Positions 9,821 to 20,200 of a DNA stretch of 64,000 nt are shown piece after piece. Below the pieces are notes generated by a model. It had not been told where the DNA came from, ran no database searches, and saw only the letters and a list, made by a program, of their open reading frames with translations. Positions within the stretch are counted from its first letter, which is position 1; the number at the start of each line of letters is the position of its first letter. The position numbers and the translations under genes were made by a program. The DNA comes from Candidatus Heimdallarchaeum endolithica (lineage in GTDB: Archaea > Asgardarchaeota > Heimdallarchaeia > Heimdallarchaeales > Heimdallarchaeaceae): contig CP084167.1 in NCBI GenBank assembly GCA_021513715.1, positions 1,376,001-1,440,000 of the forward strand. Reading direction: 5' to 3'.

Positions 9821-10152
9821 ACTAACCTTTCCGTTAACTGTTCTTTTTTTTTAATTCGTTATTAGAGTTATAAAAATTTTGTTGGTTAGGTTTCTATAAT
9901 ATTTTCTTTCTTATTAAGTTATCGGCAATTTCAGCGAATAATAAGGCATTATTTAAAAAATTAAATACAAAAAGTGGAATGGACATATCTACTCTTAAAA
10001 GAAAATAATTAAGTACAAGAAATAGAATTTAAGTTTAATAGAAATTTTAAAATATCATTACAATAATCAGTTTGATGAAAAATTTATATACCAAGTTGTA
10101 AATATGTACGAAATATAGATAGTTCAAAACGAAAAAGATAAAATCCATCATG

Positions 10153-10168
10153 TTCTATCTAGATAGAA
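10153..10168. promoter_or_regulatory. 16-bp perfect palindrome, putative operator upstream of the GTPase operon
   Basis: TTCTATCTAGATAGAA between a BRE/TATA-like AAAATTTATATA (~10079-10090) and the ATG at 10217. Confidence 0.4.
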
Positions 10169-10216
10169 TAAATGAGAGCAATGATAATTGTTGATGAATA
10201 TAGTTAAGGTGAATTA

Positions 10217-11236
10217 ATGTCATTTTACGAATTTAGACGTAGAATATTAGAAGAAAAAAAACGACAGCAAAAACAACAAAGTAAAATTGGAGAAAAAAGA
10301 ACTTCATCTTTTTCACAACCAGAATTAGAGACAGGTAGAACAAAATATAGTGTAGCTTTACTAGGATTGGAAAGAGCTGGAAAAACTTCTTTAGTCAAGA
10401 AATTATTAAAACAAGACGATATCGTTACACGACCAACTTACGGGGTAAACATTGAGTCATACCATTATAGAGACTTAAATTTTACGTGTTTTGATCTTGG
10501 TGGTCACGCTCCTTTCAGACTAAGTTTGTGGAAAAAATTTATTGAAAGAGCAGATGGAATCCTTTATTTAGTTGATTCTGCAGATAATTCGAAATTTGAA
10601 GAGTCAAAGCAAACTTTTTGGCATTACATTAATTTTGCTAAACCTAATAGCCCTGTATTATTTCTAGCAAATAAGAGTGATTTACCTAATTCTAAAGAAT
10701 TATCAGAAATAAATGAATACTTTGAGTTAGATAAATTTTTAAGAAATCTCAGACCTTTTAATGTTAAAAAAATCTCTGCAAAAACAGGTCAAGGAGTTTA
10801 TGAGGCATGGGATTGGATGGTTGAAATTCTTTGTGGAGCCCAGCAATGGAAAGTTAAAATTGCAGCTGCTGTATTAACAGATGTTTCTGGAAACATTCTC
10901 TCAGAGGCTATGTTTGGAAGACCTGATGATCAAGCTCATTTAGCCTCAGATTTCAGAAAACTAAAAGAATTAGCTAAACTATTTGCTATTGAAGCAAAGG
11001 ACAGTATCCAAAGCGTAAAACTTGAAAGTTTATTTAAAAAACATGTCAGCCATGTCAAACGAGGGGCCTATGCGCTATCAGTAATGATTGACCCAATTGA
11101 TCCTGTTACAAGAGCACAGCAAATTCAACTCCGGATATTGGAATATTTTAGTAGAAACGCAACTATCACACAAGATTCATTAGAAGAAGTATTCATCAGC
11201 AAGTTCCCGCTTGAAGTTGAGAGAGGGATAAGATAA
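10217..11236 (+). CDS. Arf/Sar1-like small GTPase fused to a C-terminal longin/roadblock-like domain
   Basis: G1 GLERAGKTS, G2 RPTYG, G3 DLGGH, G4 NKSD, G5 SAK; ~130-aa C-terminal alpha/beta domain (AAVLTDVSGNIL...). Confidence 0.85.
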   Translation: MSFYEFRRRILEEKKRQQKQQSKIGEKRTSSFSQPELETGRTKYSVALLGLERAGKTSLVKKLLKQDDIVTRPTYGVNIESYHYRDLNFTCFDLGGHAPFRLSLWKKFIERADGILYLVDSADNSKFEESKQTFWHYINFAKPNSPVLFLANKSDLPNSKELSEINEYFELDKFLRNLRPFNVKKISAKTGQGVYEAWDWMVEILCGAQQWKVKIAAAVLTDVSGNILSEAMFGRPDDQAHLASDFRKLKELAKLFAIEAKDSIQSVKLESLFKKHVSHVKRGAYALSVMIDPIDPVTRAQQIQLRILEYFSRNATITQDSLEEVFISKFPLEVERGIR

Positions 11237-11239
11237 AAA

Positions 11240-12241
11240 GTGAGAAAAATGAGTAGTTACCTATCATTCTTAAGAGATAAAGTTTTCTCCAAAAAAGGAG
11301 AAAAAACACCACGTATAGCTATTTTAGGTTTAGATAAATCAGGAAAGTCTACGACAGTCAATAGATTACTTTTTGGAACTGTATCAGATGCTAATCCTCC
11401 TCAATCAACTTGCTTCATTAATATTTACTATGGTAAATCACTTATTAGTATTTTAGAAGCAGATGAGGAGACTTCAAGAGAAAGCCCCTATTTTCAAGAT
11501 ATTCTTTCTCAAATTGATGGAGTAATTTTTATCATCGATACTGAAACAAAGCGACATGTAGAAGCTTCTTTTGAGTATATATACAGTTTATTAGATAAAA
11601 TTCCTCAACAAACACCAATGCTATTCCTAGCTAACAAAATGGATATTGAAAATGCTATTCCTTTTGAGGAGATATTACTAGACCCTGCATTTCAAGTAAT
11701 AACTGATGACATTAACCGTTCAGTTTCAATTTACGATATTAGCGCAAAAACAGGTGAAAACTTTTACACTGCTTTTGATTGGATAATATCTCGAATTACA
11801 GGAAGAACGCCTTTAAGAGAAGAAGTCACTTTAAAGAGGGTAATTATTCTTCAAGAAGGAGGTGTTCCAGCTTTTGATCACACTTTCGATACTAAAATAG
11901 AGGAGCATGATAGTACATTACTTGGAGGATTAATTAGTGCTTTGAATATCATGGCAACAACAATTTTCGAAAGCGAGTCTGTAATGGATATAATTAAACT
12001 CGGACACTTCAAGCTAGTTATCAGAAAAATGCAAGGTTGGACTGGTGTTTTATTTGTAAATAGAGATGATAGTGAATCAAAAGCTCAATCTCTCTCAGAA
12101 GAAATATTAAAAGCTTTTATTGAAGAAAAAAATAGAAAACCAGATCAAGAACTAGCAAGAGAAACAAAGTATGAACTATTGCATAAAATACCAGAAATTG
12201 CAATATTATTAGATCAAGAATTAGATCAAGAAATTAATTAA
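11240..12241 (+). CDS. Arf-like GTPase with degenerate switch motifs, fused to a longin domain
   Basis: G1 GLDKSGKST, G4 NKMD and G5 SAK intact; G3 DxxG replaced by EADE; C-terminal VIILQEGGVPAF...DSTLLGGLISALN longin-like pattern; N-terminal amphipathic helix. Confidence 0.8.
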   Translation: MRKMSSYLSFLRDKVFSKKGEKTPRIAILGLDKSGKSTTVNRLLFGTVSDANPPQSTCFINIYYGKSLISILEADEETSRESPYFQDILSQIDGVIFIIDTETKRHVEASFEYIYSLLDKIPQQTPMLFLANKMDIENAIPFEEILLDPAFQVITDDINRSVSIYDISAKTGENFYTAFDWIISRITGRTPLREEVTLKRVIILQEGGVPAFDHTFDTKIEEHDSTLLGGLISALNIMATTIFESESVMDIIKLGHFKLVIRKMQGWTGVLFVNRDDSESKAQSLSEEILKAFIEEKNRKPDQELARETKYELLHKIPEIAILLDQELDQEIN

Positions 12242-12253
12242 GGAGTTAGAAAA

Positions 12254-13021
12254 ATGATAAATCCAAGTCAAATGAGAGCACCAAAGATGGTCTTTAGCAT
12301 CTTTAAAGATTATGGACCAGAAATTGAATTTAACAACACAACTCTTTCAGAAGAGCAGGCTTTAGCACTAGTTATGAGTGGTTTTACACTTGTGGAAATG
12401 AATAAAGACTACAAAGGAAGGTTAGATGGATCAAAGATGCCCAGAATGTTAGGCCCCATTCCAGTTCCAGATACAACAATGAAAGCGATAGCTATTCCTT
12501 TTGAAACAAAGATAACTTCTTCTGAGGATGAAAGAATTGCAGAAGCAGGATATAGAGACTGTGTTGTTTTCTTCATTTTTGAAGGTAGTAAATTAAGAGA
12601 AGTATTAGATAGTTACGGGATTGTTGAGCCCTATTTCTCAATGATCGCTCGAAGTTTAAATGAAGAAAAGTCTATCACACCAAGCAATTTGAAAAAGGTT
12701 TACGAACGTATGGTCGATATGTTTACAGGAAGGATTCCTCGTATTTTCAAGATAAATAACGACAATTCAGTGAAAGAGATCATTGGTAAGAGACTTGAAC
12801 ACGCAGATGCGTATTTAATATGCGATTTAGAAAGAAAAAACATGTATGTATTATTGTATAACAGTGATATTGATATTTGGAGAAAAAGAGAAATAGAAAA
12901 AGTTTCTTCAGAAGTAAATTCAAAGATGTTTAGAAGCGCATTGAGAAGAAAATTTATCACAGATATTGGAGAGATATCACAAATCTTGAATTTACTTAAT
13001 ATCGAAATTGCTCCTGTATAA
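12254..13021 (+). CDS. uDENN/longin-like domain protein with possible gelsolin-like C-terminal module
   Basis: FSIFKDYGPEI...GPIPVP...AIPF...EDERI...CVVFFIF resembles uDENN (F..GP, D.R); C-terminal DAYLICDLERKNMYVL. Confidence 0.5.
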   Translation: MINPSQMRAPKMVFSIFKDYGPEIEFNNTTLSEEQALALVMSGFTLVEMNKDYKGRLDGSKMPRMLGPIPVPDTTMKAIAIPFETKITSSEDERIAEAGYRDCVVFFIFEGSKLREVLDSYGIVEPYFSMIARSLNEEKSITPSNLKKVYERMVDMFTGRIPRIFKINNDNSVKEIIGKRLEHADAYLICDLERKNMYVLLYNSDIDIWRKREIEKVSSEVNSKMFRSALRRKFITDIGEISQILNLLNIEIAPV

Positions 13022-13134
13022 TTTTGTTTTTCTTGATTTACTTCTCCTCTATTTTTATTTATTAAATAATATACTATTTATACTATACAATTTGATGTAA
13101 AAAGTTAAAAACTATATAATAAAGTGAAAATAAT

Positions 13135-13683
13135 GTGAAATTGATGAGTGAACAAAACAACGAATTGGAAATACATGACGAACGTAGTAAACTAGAAAAA
13201 ATAGCCAATAGAATCAGTTCAATCTCATATCTACAATCTGTTAGATCATTTTTGTCTAGAGAAAAAAAAATAGCAGTTATAGTAGATGCCCCTAATTTCT
13301 TAAGAAAAGTGAAAAATAAGCAAGTAAAACTTGATGATATTGAAGATAAAATCAAAGATGAAGGAAAAATTGTTATTAGAAAAGTGTTATTAAATGAATT
13401 TGCAAGTGAAAGTCTGTTACAAGCAGTTTTCAATAGTGGATATGAACCAATTGTAGCAGCTCATGATATTTACATCCAAATGGCTATTGAAGTAACAAAA
13501 TTATTATCAGAAAAAATTGATTTAATATTTTTTGCTACTCGTCATGCACGAGCAGTACCTATTGTTCAAAAATTGAAAGAGAGAGGAGTAGAAGTTGCTT
13601 TAGTCACTTATGAAAGCGGTTTAAGCATTGCTCTAAAAAAAACAATCGACAAAATCTACTTTATTGAAATCGACAAAAGTTAA
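13135..13683 (+). CDS. NYN/LabA (TIGR00288-like) domain protein, apparently inactive
   Basis: IAVIVDAPNFL; GYEPIV; TRHARAVP where TRDADF is expected; GLSIALK. Confidence 0.75.
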   Translation: MKLMSEQNNELEIHDERSKLEKIANRISSISYLQSVRSFLSREKKIAVIVDAPNFLRKVKNKQVKLDDIEDKIKDEGKIVIRKVLLNEFASESLLQAVFNSGYEPIVAAHDIYIQMAIEVTKLLSEKIDLIFFATRHARAVPIVQKLKERGVEVALVTYESGLSIALKKTIDKIYFIEIDKS

Positions 13684-13698
13684 CTAATTGTTAAAAAC

Positions 13699-14961
13699 TT
13701 ACAATTCTTCCTTTTGTCTTGTAAAAGAATTAAGTTTTACTCTCCTTTCTTTTTTACTAAATTCAGTTATAAGATATAAATCCGCTATAGTGCTTAGAGC
13801 TGAATTCAATTTATAGTAAGCTTTTCTGTTTAATGTTCTTTTAACTATAATGTTTTTCTTTAATAATTGAGATAGATGATAGGATATCGTCGTTTTTTGG
13901 ATATTTAAATTAGAAACTAGCTCTTCATAACTTATACCTATATCTAAACCAACTGATTTTAATGTAATTAGAGTTAATAAAAAAACACGAGAACTGTCTT
14001 CTTCATTTGTATAGCTACGAAATTCATCAAAAGAAGTGTAATCCAAAAGAGAGGAAATATCATTAACAAGTTCAATGTACGCTTTATCATAACCATTATA
14101 GAAACATTCCTTGCAAACTAGAGAAGTAAGATGTATAGCATTATGTAAATTAAGTAAAGAATTTTCTGCAATTACTTCAACAATTTCTGAATTGAATGGT
14201 TGTTGAATATTACCATTAACAGATAGTCTTACTGACAAAATTTCATAAATTGCTTTCTTATCTAATGGACTCAATTCTATTGCAGGCAAGGTAGAATTAT
14301 AAAATTGATCTGTGTAGTTAATTGTCGTAATTAAACTTTTTAATCTAATCCAAGCAGGAAAGGAAAAAACAAATAGAATTGAGGTTTTAGGAAAGCGATA
14401 CTTAAACGATTCTAAAAAAGTTACAAAAATATCTATTAAATAATCAGCATGATCAATTATTACTAGAGGAATCTCTTCATCATGAATATCATGTTTTGCA
14501 ACTTCATTAATAATATTATTAAAAGAAAACGTAGGTTGAGAACTTAAATTTTTGATTGTAACATTTTTTTTGGCATCAATAATTAGGGAATTTTGCATTT
14601 CTGTTATTTCATTTTTTACAAGTTCATGTGCTTTTTCCACTAACGTTGACACTCCACTACCCCTGTATCCAAACAAAACAGCATCAAGAAAAAAGTTGTT
14701 TTGTCTACTTTTATCAATATCAGCGATTAAAGTAATTATTTTACGAAGATTTATATTAATTATTCCTTTTTCCAAAAGAATGTTTATCTCATCAAAACTC
14801 ACTTTTTTCTCAAAGGGATTTTTTTGAAAACCAAATGCTCTGAAAGGGTCTTGAGAGGAAAATTCTATAGCCTTCGCTCTATTTATCGTCTCTTTTACAA
14901 ATTTGCGAAGGTTTTCTGGAATGTCCATATTTTTTCCTCTATTGTAATATCTAGAAAACAT
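13699..14961 (-). CDS. AAA+-like P-loop protein (ExeA/Cdc6-like) with C-terminal wHTH; degenerate Walker A
   Basis: FGFQKNPF N-terminal motif; GYRGSGVST; LVIIDHAD; C-terminal ISYEELVSNLNIQKTTISYHLSQL ArsR-like HTH. Confidence 0.7.
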   Translation of the reverse strand: MFSRYYNRGKNMDIPENLRKFVKETINRAKAIEFSSQDPFRAFGFQKNPFEKKVSFDEINILLEKGIININLRKIITLIADIDKSRQNNFFLDAVLFGYRGSGVSTLVEKAHELVKNEITEMQNSLIIDAKKNVTIKNLSSQPTFSFNNIINEVAKHDIHDEEIPLVIIDHADYLIDIFVTFLESFKYRFPKTSILFVFSFPAWIRLKSLITTINYTDQFYNSTLPAIELSPLDKKAIYEILSVRLSVNGNIQQPFNSEIVEVIAENSLLNLHNAIHLTSLVCKECFYNGYDKAYIELVNDISSLLDYTSFDEFRSYTNEEDSSRVFLLTLITLKSVGLDIGISYEELVSNLNIQKTTISYHLSQLLKKNIIVKRTLNRKAYYKLNSALSTIADLYLITEFSKKERRVKLNSFTRQKEEL

Positions 14962-14977
14962 CTAACCTTTAAACTTT

Positions 14978-15008
14978 TTCGAAATGTTCGAATATTTCGA
15001 ATTTTCGA
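14978..15008. repeat. Four phased TTCGA(A) motifs
   Basis: TTCGA at 14978, 14987, 14996 and 15004 (spacing 9, 9, 8), just upstream of the AAA+-wHTH gene. Confidence 0.6.
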
Positions 15009-15098
15009 CAAAAAAACAAGAAATTACGACAAAAAAGGAAACAACCCAAAAAACATTTTTTTAAGCAGAAAATATAGATTTTGTTCAAACAGAAAGTA

Positions 15099-15869
15099 GG
15101 TAGTGTCTAGTTTTTATACCACCTCCTAGGCAAAAAGGAACTAAGGGGAGGATGTCCCAAGCTCTGATGAGGACGAACGAAATTATAATGGAGCATAAAG
15201 AGAGTAAGGAAACCAGAAAGATGACTAGAGCCATAGACGGCACGGATAGGACAAGTGTAGTGCATTGGAGAATAGAATGAAACCAACGATAACTCTTAAG
15301 GGTGGCATTAAAACGTTCAATATAGGAGCCTAAACCACCTTTTGTAACGGAAATTTTGATACCTAGACGAAGTAAGACAGGATACCATACCCCTGCATCT
15401 GTAACGACAATACGGGGCTTAAAACCCTATACCAACATTTGAGCCAATAACGGAAAGTTAGTAAACATTCAAGATTACTCCGTCCCTTAGTAATACTAAA
15501 ACCCAGTAAAGTCTTATTGTAAGGATCTAACGCGAACCACAGATACATTGAGCCTTGAGAGGTCCTAATCTCTGTTTCATTTACTACTATACTTTCTGGT
15601 ATTCCCCTTCTCTCTGCTACAACTCTATGTAAACTTTCCCTAAAGAGTCTGAACTTCTTTACCCAATACCATAATGTTTGGTGTGTTAAACCATTCTTCC
15701 AAGCTACTGTCCTCAAACCATTCTTTGAACCAATATATTCCTAAATAGCTTTTATTATTATCTTTTTGGGGATCCTGCTTCGAATAAATAATTTGTTTAG
15801 TTTATTGAATTTCATATTATACTCTTAGCAAGTCCCCTAATTTTTTTTGTCGGAAAACTAGACACCACC
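15099..15869 (-). mobile_element. IS6-family insertion sequence (771 bp), decayed
   Basis: TIRs GGTAGTGTCTAGTTTT / GGTGGTGTCTAGTTTT (15/16); flanking direct repeat ACAGAAAGTA at 15089-15098 and 15870-15879; IS6-type transposase remnant inside. Confidence 0.9.
15114..15815 (-). pseudogene. IS6/IS240-type DDE transposase pseudogene
   Basis: ATG at 15815 with an in-frame TAG after 23 codons; VVNETEI (DET to NET); YLWFALD; then frameshifted GFKPRIVVTDAGVWY, IERFNATLK and HYNFVRPHQSL. 3' boundary approximate. Confidence 0.85.
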
Positions 15870-16013
15870 ACAGAAAGTATATAGAAAAATTCAAATTATT
15901 ATTATATGATCAAATAATCTGAGAAAATTTATAAGTGCATCAATGAAGTAAAAACCAGAGAATGAAAAGATTTATAAGTGGGTGATTAGGCGCTGAGCTT
16001 TCGTGACCGAGAA

Positions 16014-16556
16014 ATGGATGAATGGCAGGTAAGAGCAAGAATAGATCAAGCCCTAAATAATTCTACAAAAGTATATGCCATGGAAAATGGAAGGTTAGTG
16101 CGATTACATGATGTTATAAAAGTAAGAGAGCTCAACGCATTTCTTGGCTTAATTATTGCTTATTCTGCTGGAAGTTTTATGACAATTGATCGTTTTTATT
16201 TAGATAGTTTTCACCCAATAAGGCAAAAAAGAATAATCAACAGGTTAAATAGTCATAGCGGTCAAATAAATACTGCTCTGTTGTTAGAGTTACTTAGGTT
16301 ACGAGATAGGACAAAGCTTAGTAAGTATGATATTATCAGAAAAGTCCAAAACAAATATTTTATTAGTCAACCAATAGGTACAAAAGACATTACAGAATCT
16401 CTCAACAGAATGCTAAGGAAGACTATGGTTGACTATTTCTGGTTTGAAGGAAAATATTTTAGAAGATCAAATTTTGATTTACGTTTAATTGAACTTCCAA
16501 ATAATGCTAATTATGATTTTATCAAAATAAATATTGACAATATTATTCAATTCTAA
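16014..16556 (+). CDS. Hypothetical protein
   Basis: 180-aa ORF preceded by two TTTATAAGTG TATA-like boxes (15928, 15971); no recognised motif. Confidence 0.6.
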   Translation: MDEWQVRARIDQALNNSTKVYAMENGRLVRLHDVIKVRELNAFLGLIIAYSAGSFMTIDRFYLDSFHPIRQKRIINRLNSHSGQINTALLLELLRLRDRTKLSKYDIIRKVQNKYFISQPIGTKDITESLNRMLRKTMVDYFWFEGKYFRRSNFDLRLIELPNNANYDFIKINIDNIIQF

Positions 16557-16602
16557 GCTAGTTTTCTTTTAACTCTAAAGAATAAAAAAAGAGAAGAAAT
16601 TT

Positions 16603-17070
16603 CTATTTTTCATTATTATTTTCTTGTTTTATAGAAGGTGCAATTATGTTTACAGATTGCCAAATATCTTCTTTGTCCAAAAGCAAAACAGGAAGACCTC
16701 TTATCAGATCTGGTTCTTTTTCTAGTTCATTCTGCAAAAAAGGTGGATAAAAACCTACAAATTTAAAATCATGTTCCTCCAATTCACCTAACAATATTCC
16801 TAATAACATGTTATTTGTATCCAATCCCAATATTAGAAAGAAACTATGTTTTGAGAAATCTTCTCCTTCAGGACTAGATAACTTCACTAATCCACCTGAT
16901 AGATGGTAGTTATCCTTATTTTTTGATTTTTCTATTATACTTTGAAAATACTCTGTTTTCAATATTATATTTGTGTTTGTAGCATCATAATAATCTACAA
17001 ATTCGAGATCAATAATTGCTTCCTTCCCTTCTTTATCTTTACTTGCTACAGAAGCTTTCCATACTTTCAT
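16603..17070 (-). CDS. Hypothetical protein
   Basis: 155-aa ORF, ATG start, typical composition. Confidence 0.65.
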   Translation of the reverse strand: MKVWKASVASKDKEGKEAIIDLEFVDYYDATNTNIILKTEYFQSIIEKSKNKDNYHLSGGLVKLSSPEGEDFSKHSFFLILGLDTNNMLLGILLGELEEHDFKFVGFYPPFLQNELEKEPDLIRGLPVLLLDKEDIWQSVNIIAPSIKQENNNEK

Positions 17071-17256
17071 TTGAGAAGTTTCTCAAACACCAATAAATAC
17101 TTTTAGAAAGAAACGATTTCGAAGAGTTATAAAAAATTATTACTTTTTTTCTTTAAATATTTTAAGTACAAAAAACAACTCTTGAACCAAAGATAAGTCC
17201 AGCAGTCTGATTTTTACAGATAATAATCCTTATGAATGCTTAACTATTCGCACTAG

Positions 17257-20200
17257 TTGATGATAAATCCAATAGATGAAACAAAAGCAAGAAAAGTTTT
17301 TCTCAAATCTCTATTTATTATTACGAGATCATTTTACTATAGATTTTTCCAATATTCAAAAGTTAAACAAAAGATTGAGAAAAATAAAAATATAAAATAT
17401 CTTTTTGGAGTACTTCTTTCAATAGTTTTTATTTGGCTAATTCCTTTCTTGCTTCTATTGGATTTTCTGTTAATTCTGTTCCTTCCCAGCCTTCACATTT
17501 TTAAGCCAATGTTCAAAGCTGGTTGGAAGTTTAATCTTATTACTACAGTAGGTGTCATTTTAGCTGTTTCAATTATCTCACAGTACGTATTCTTTATTTA
17601 CTCATATCAATATCAAGCTTTTGAATTATATCTAGAAGATGAACCACGAACATTCATTCAAGCACAAATAGACTCAGTTCATATTGAACCATCCTATACT
17701 CAGACATATCTTATTGACAGAATAGCTGATGTAACTATTCAAGAAATGAATCTTACAAATAACATTCTTCAAAGAGATCTTTTTTTCAAAAGAGGAACAT
17801 TTACTTCTACTTATGATCCAATTGCAAAACAAACCTATTTACCAAACTTACCATTAGTTGGATTAACAGATAGACTAAGTTTATTTTTATCAAATCACCT
17901 AACTCAAGGAAGATTTCCTGAGAATTTTGGAGAAGTCTTAGTCTTTCTTTCAAGCAATTTTTATAATCATTCAACAATTAGGGTTAATAGTACAATAAAT
18001 CTATACATCCCGATATCACTACTAAAACAAGCTTCACTTTCCGAACCTCAAGCTCAAACAGAAGTTACAGTTACAGGAATAGTTATTTCTGATAACTTAA
18101 CTGATTTTTCCGTAATTGGGAGTGATAAAGGTATTCCTTTTGATATTTTTCTTAATTTATATGAAGGAAATGCAGTTCTTTCTCCATGGACAATTGCAGC
18201 AAGAATTTTATCTTCAATTCAACTTACTTATGGATTTGCTTCGATTTACGAGAATTTGTTTTATGATATTGGAACTATTGATACTTTCAATCTAGATGGA
18301 GAAATTTCAAAACTTAAAGAGCTTGCTATTAATCTTAAAGATTCATATTTACAAATGGGGGGATACTCTGGAGTCGATATTAATTCTTATCTTCTTACAG
18401 CAATTGAAGAGTTTAAAGATGAATATAATTTATATCAAATCTTTATGTTTGCTTTTCTTGCGCCGATTATTATTTTAACCCTAATACTCACTGTTTATGC
18501 AGCTAATCTAGTTCGTAAAAAAAGAGAGAGACAACTTACAATTCTCTCGGAAAGAGGAACTACTAAGATTGAAATTGGTAGTTATTTAGCATTAGAATCA
18601 CTGATTTTTGGCATTATTGCGTTATTTTTGGGAATAGCTCTTGGGATACCGGTTTCTGCTCTTCTTACAAAAAGCTCAGGATTTCTTTCTTTTGGAAATC
18701 AAACATCCAGATTGCAAATAAAAATTCCTTCACTATCCCAAGCGTTATTTGGCAGTTTACTAGTCATTTTAATTATTCAAACATTCAACGTAATTACTCT
18801 ATTAAAAACTAGAAGTATTGAAGATTATGGTAAAGTAGAAAAAACATTGCCAAGCTTTTACCGCTATTATGTTGACATCATATTTATCAGTACAGGTGGG
18901 ATTTTGTGGGTAATTTATCAGCTTCCAATTTTAAGTGGTTTTAGGGATAAAACAACGAAAAGCATTGGAATTCCTGCAATGATTATCTTACTATTTGGAA
19001 TCGTTTTACTTATTCAGAGATTACTTCCTATATTTTCCAAATCAGTCTTAAAACTCACTCAGATCCCTAGTGACAAATTAAAGAAGAAACTCAGGCTAGA
19101 CATTTTTTCTTTAGGAATAAAAGAAATAACACGATATCAATCAAGTTTTGTTAGATCTTCTGTTATTCTTAGCCTTTCATTTGCAATTGTAGTTAGTGCA
19201 ATAGTTGTTCCTGCTTCTTATCAAAAATTTAACATTGATGGAGCTTATTATGATTTAGGCGCCGATATTGTTATTGAAAACTTTCCAATAGAAAATAAGT
19301 TTTTGATTGAAGAAATAGAGAATATTACTGAAATTCAGTCAACTTGTATTGTAAAATATGCGGCCCTTTCTGATATTTCGGGTGATTATGCTATCACACA
19401 TGCTATACTAGGAATAGATTTAAATAAATTCGCAGAAACAGCTTTTTTCAGAGAAGATTTCGTAGATCACTCACTTAAACAGCTACTATCACTTTTGAAA
19501 GAAGACACACGAGTAATTGCACAAGAAGACGAGATAAAAACCATAAACAGAGGAGTTGGAGATTCTTTAATAATGGGTTACCGTGCATACAATGAATCAA
19601 GAAGAGGGAGTGATGGTTCCCCATTTTACAGATCTAACATTTCAGTTGAAATTGTTGGATTGTTTAAATACTGGCCAATATTAGTTAAAGATATTTCGAC
19701 TACTAATACTTTGTCAATATTAAACCATTTTGTTGCTAACATTTCAATTTTCAATAAAATAGAGTTATCACCCCTTGAAATTAAAGATTATTTATTAATC
19801 AAAGTGAATCAAAAAGAAGACATTGAAGAAATTACCAACAAAATAAAAACAATTGCTGGTTCAAACGTTGAAAATGTGAATTCCAAGATTTTTGTTAGAG
19901 AAGGTAGTGCAAGATCATCTATTTTGTATTCTGCTATAAACTCTACTCTAATAATGTCTTTCACAATTAATTCATTAATTATTGCACTATATGCTTCTGT
20001 TCAACTAATTGAAAGATCTAGAGAGATAGCTACTATGAAAGCAATCGGTGTTTCCAAGTCTCAATTACTATTATTGTTTCTATCTGAGTATGCGACACTA
20101 CTCATTTTCTCCACAATAATGGGATTGTTAAGCGGACTATTTTCTTCGTGGATGTTGATGAATATAATCACAATAAATCGTTCTATTCCTCCTTTTATTA

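Noticed and set aside
14824-15099. 91-aa plus-strand ORF
   Set aside because: Overlaps the start of the AAA+ gene and low-complexity promoter DNA; ends at the IS6 boundary.
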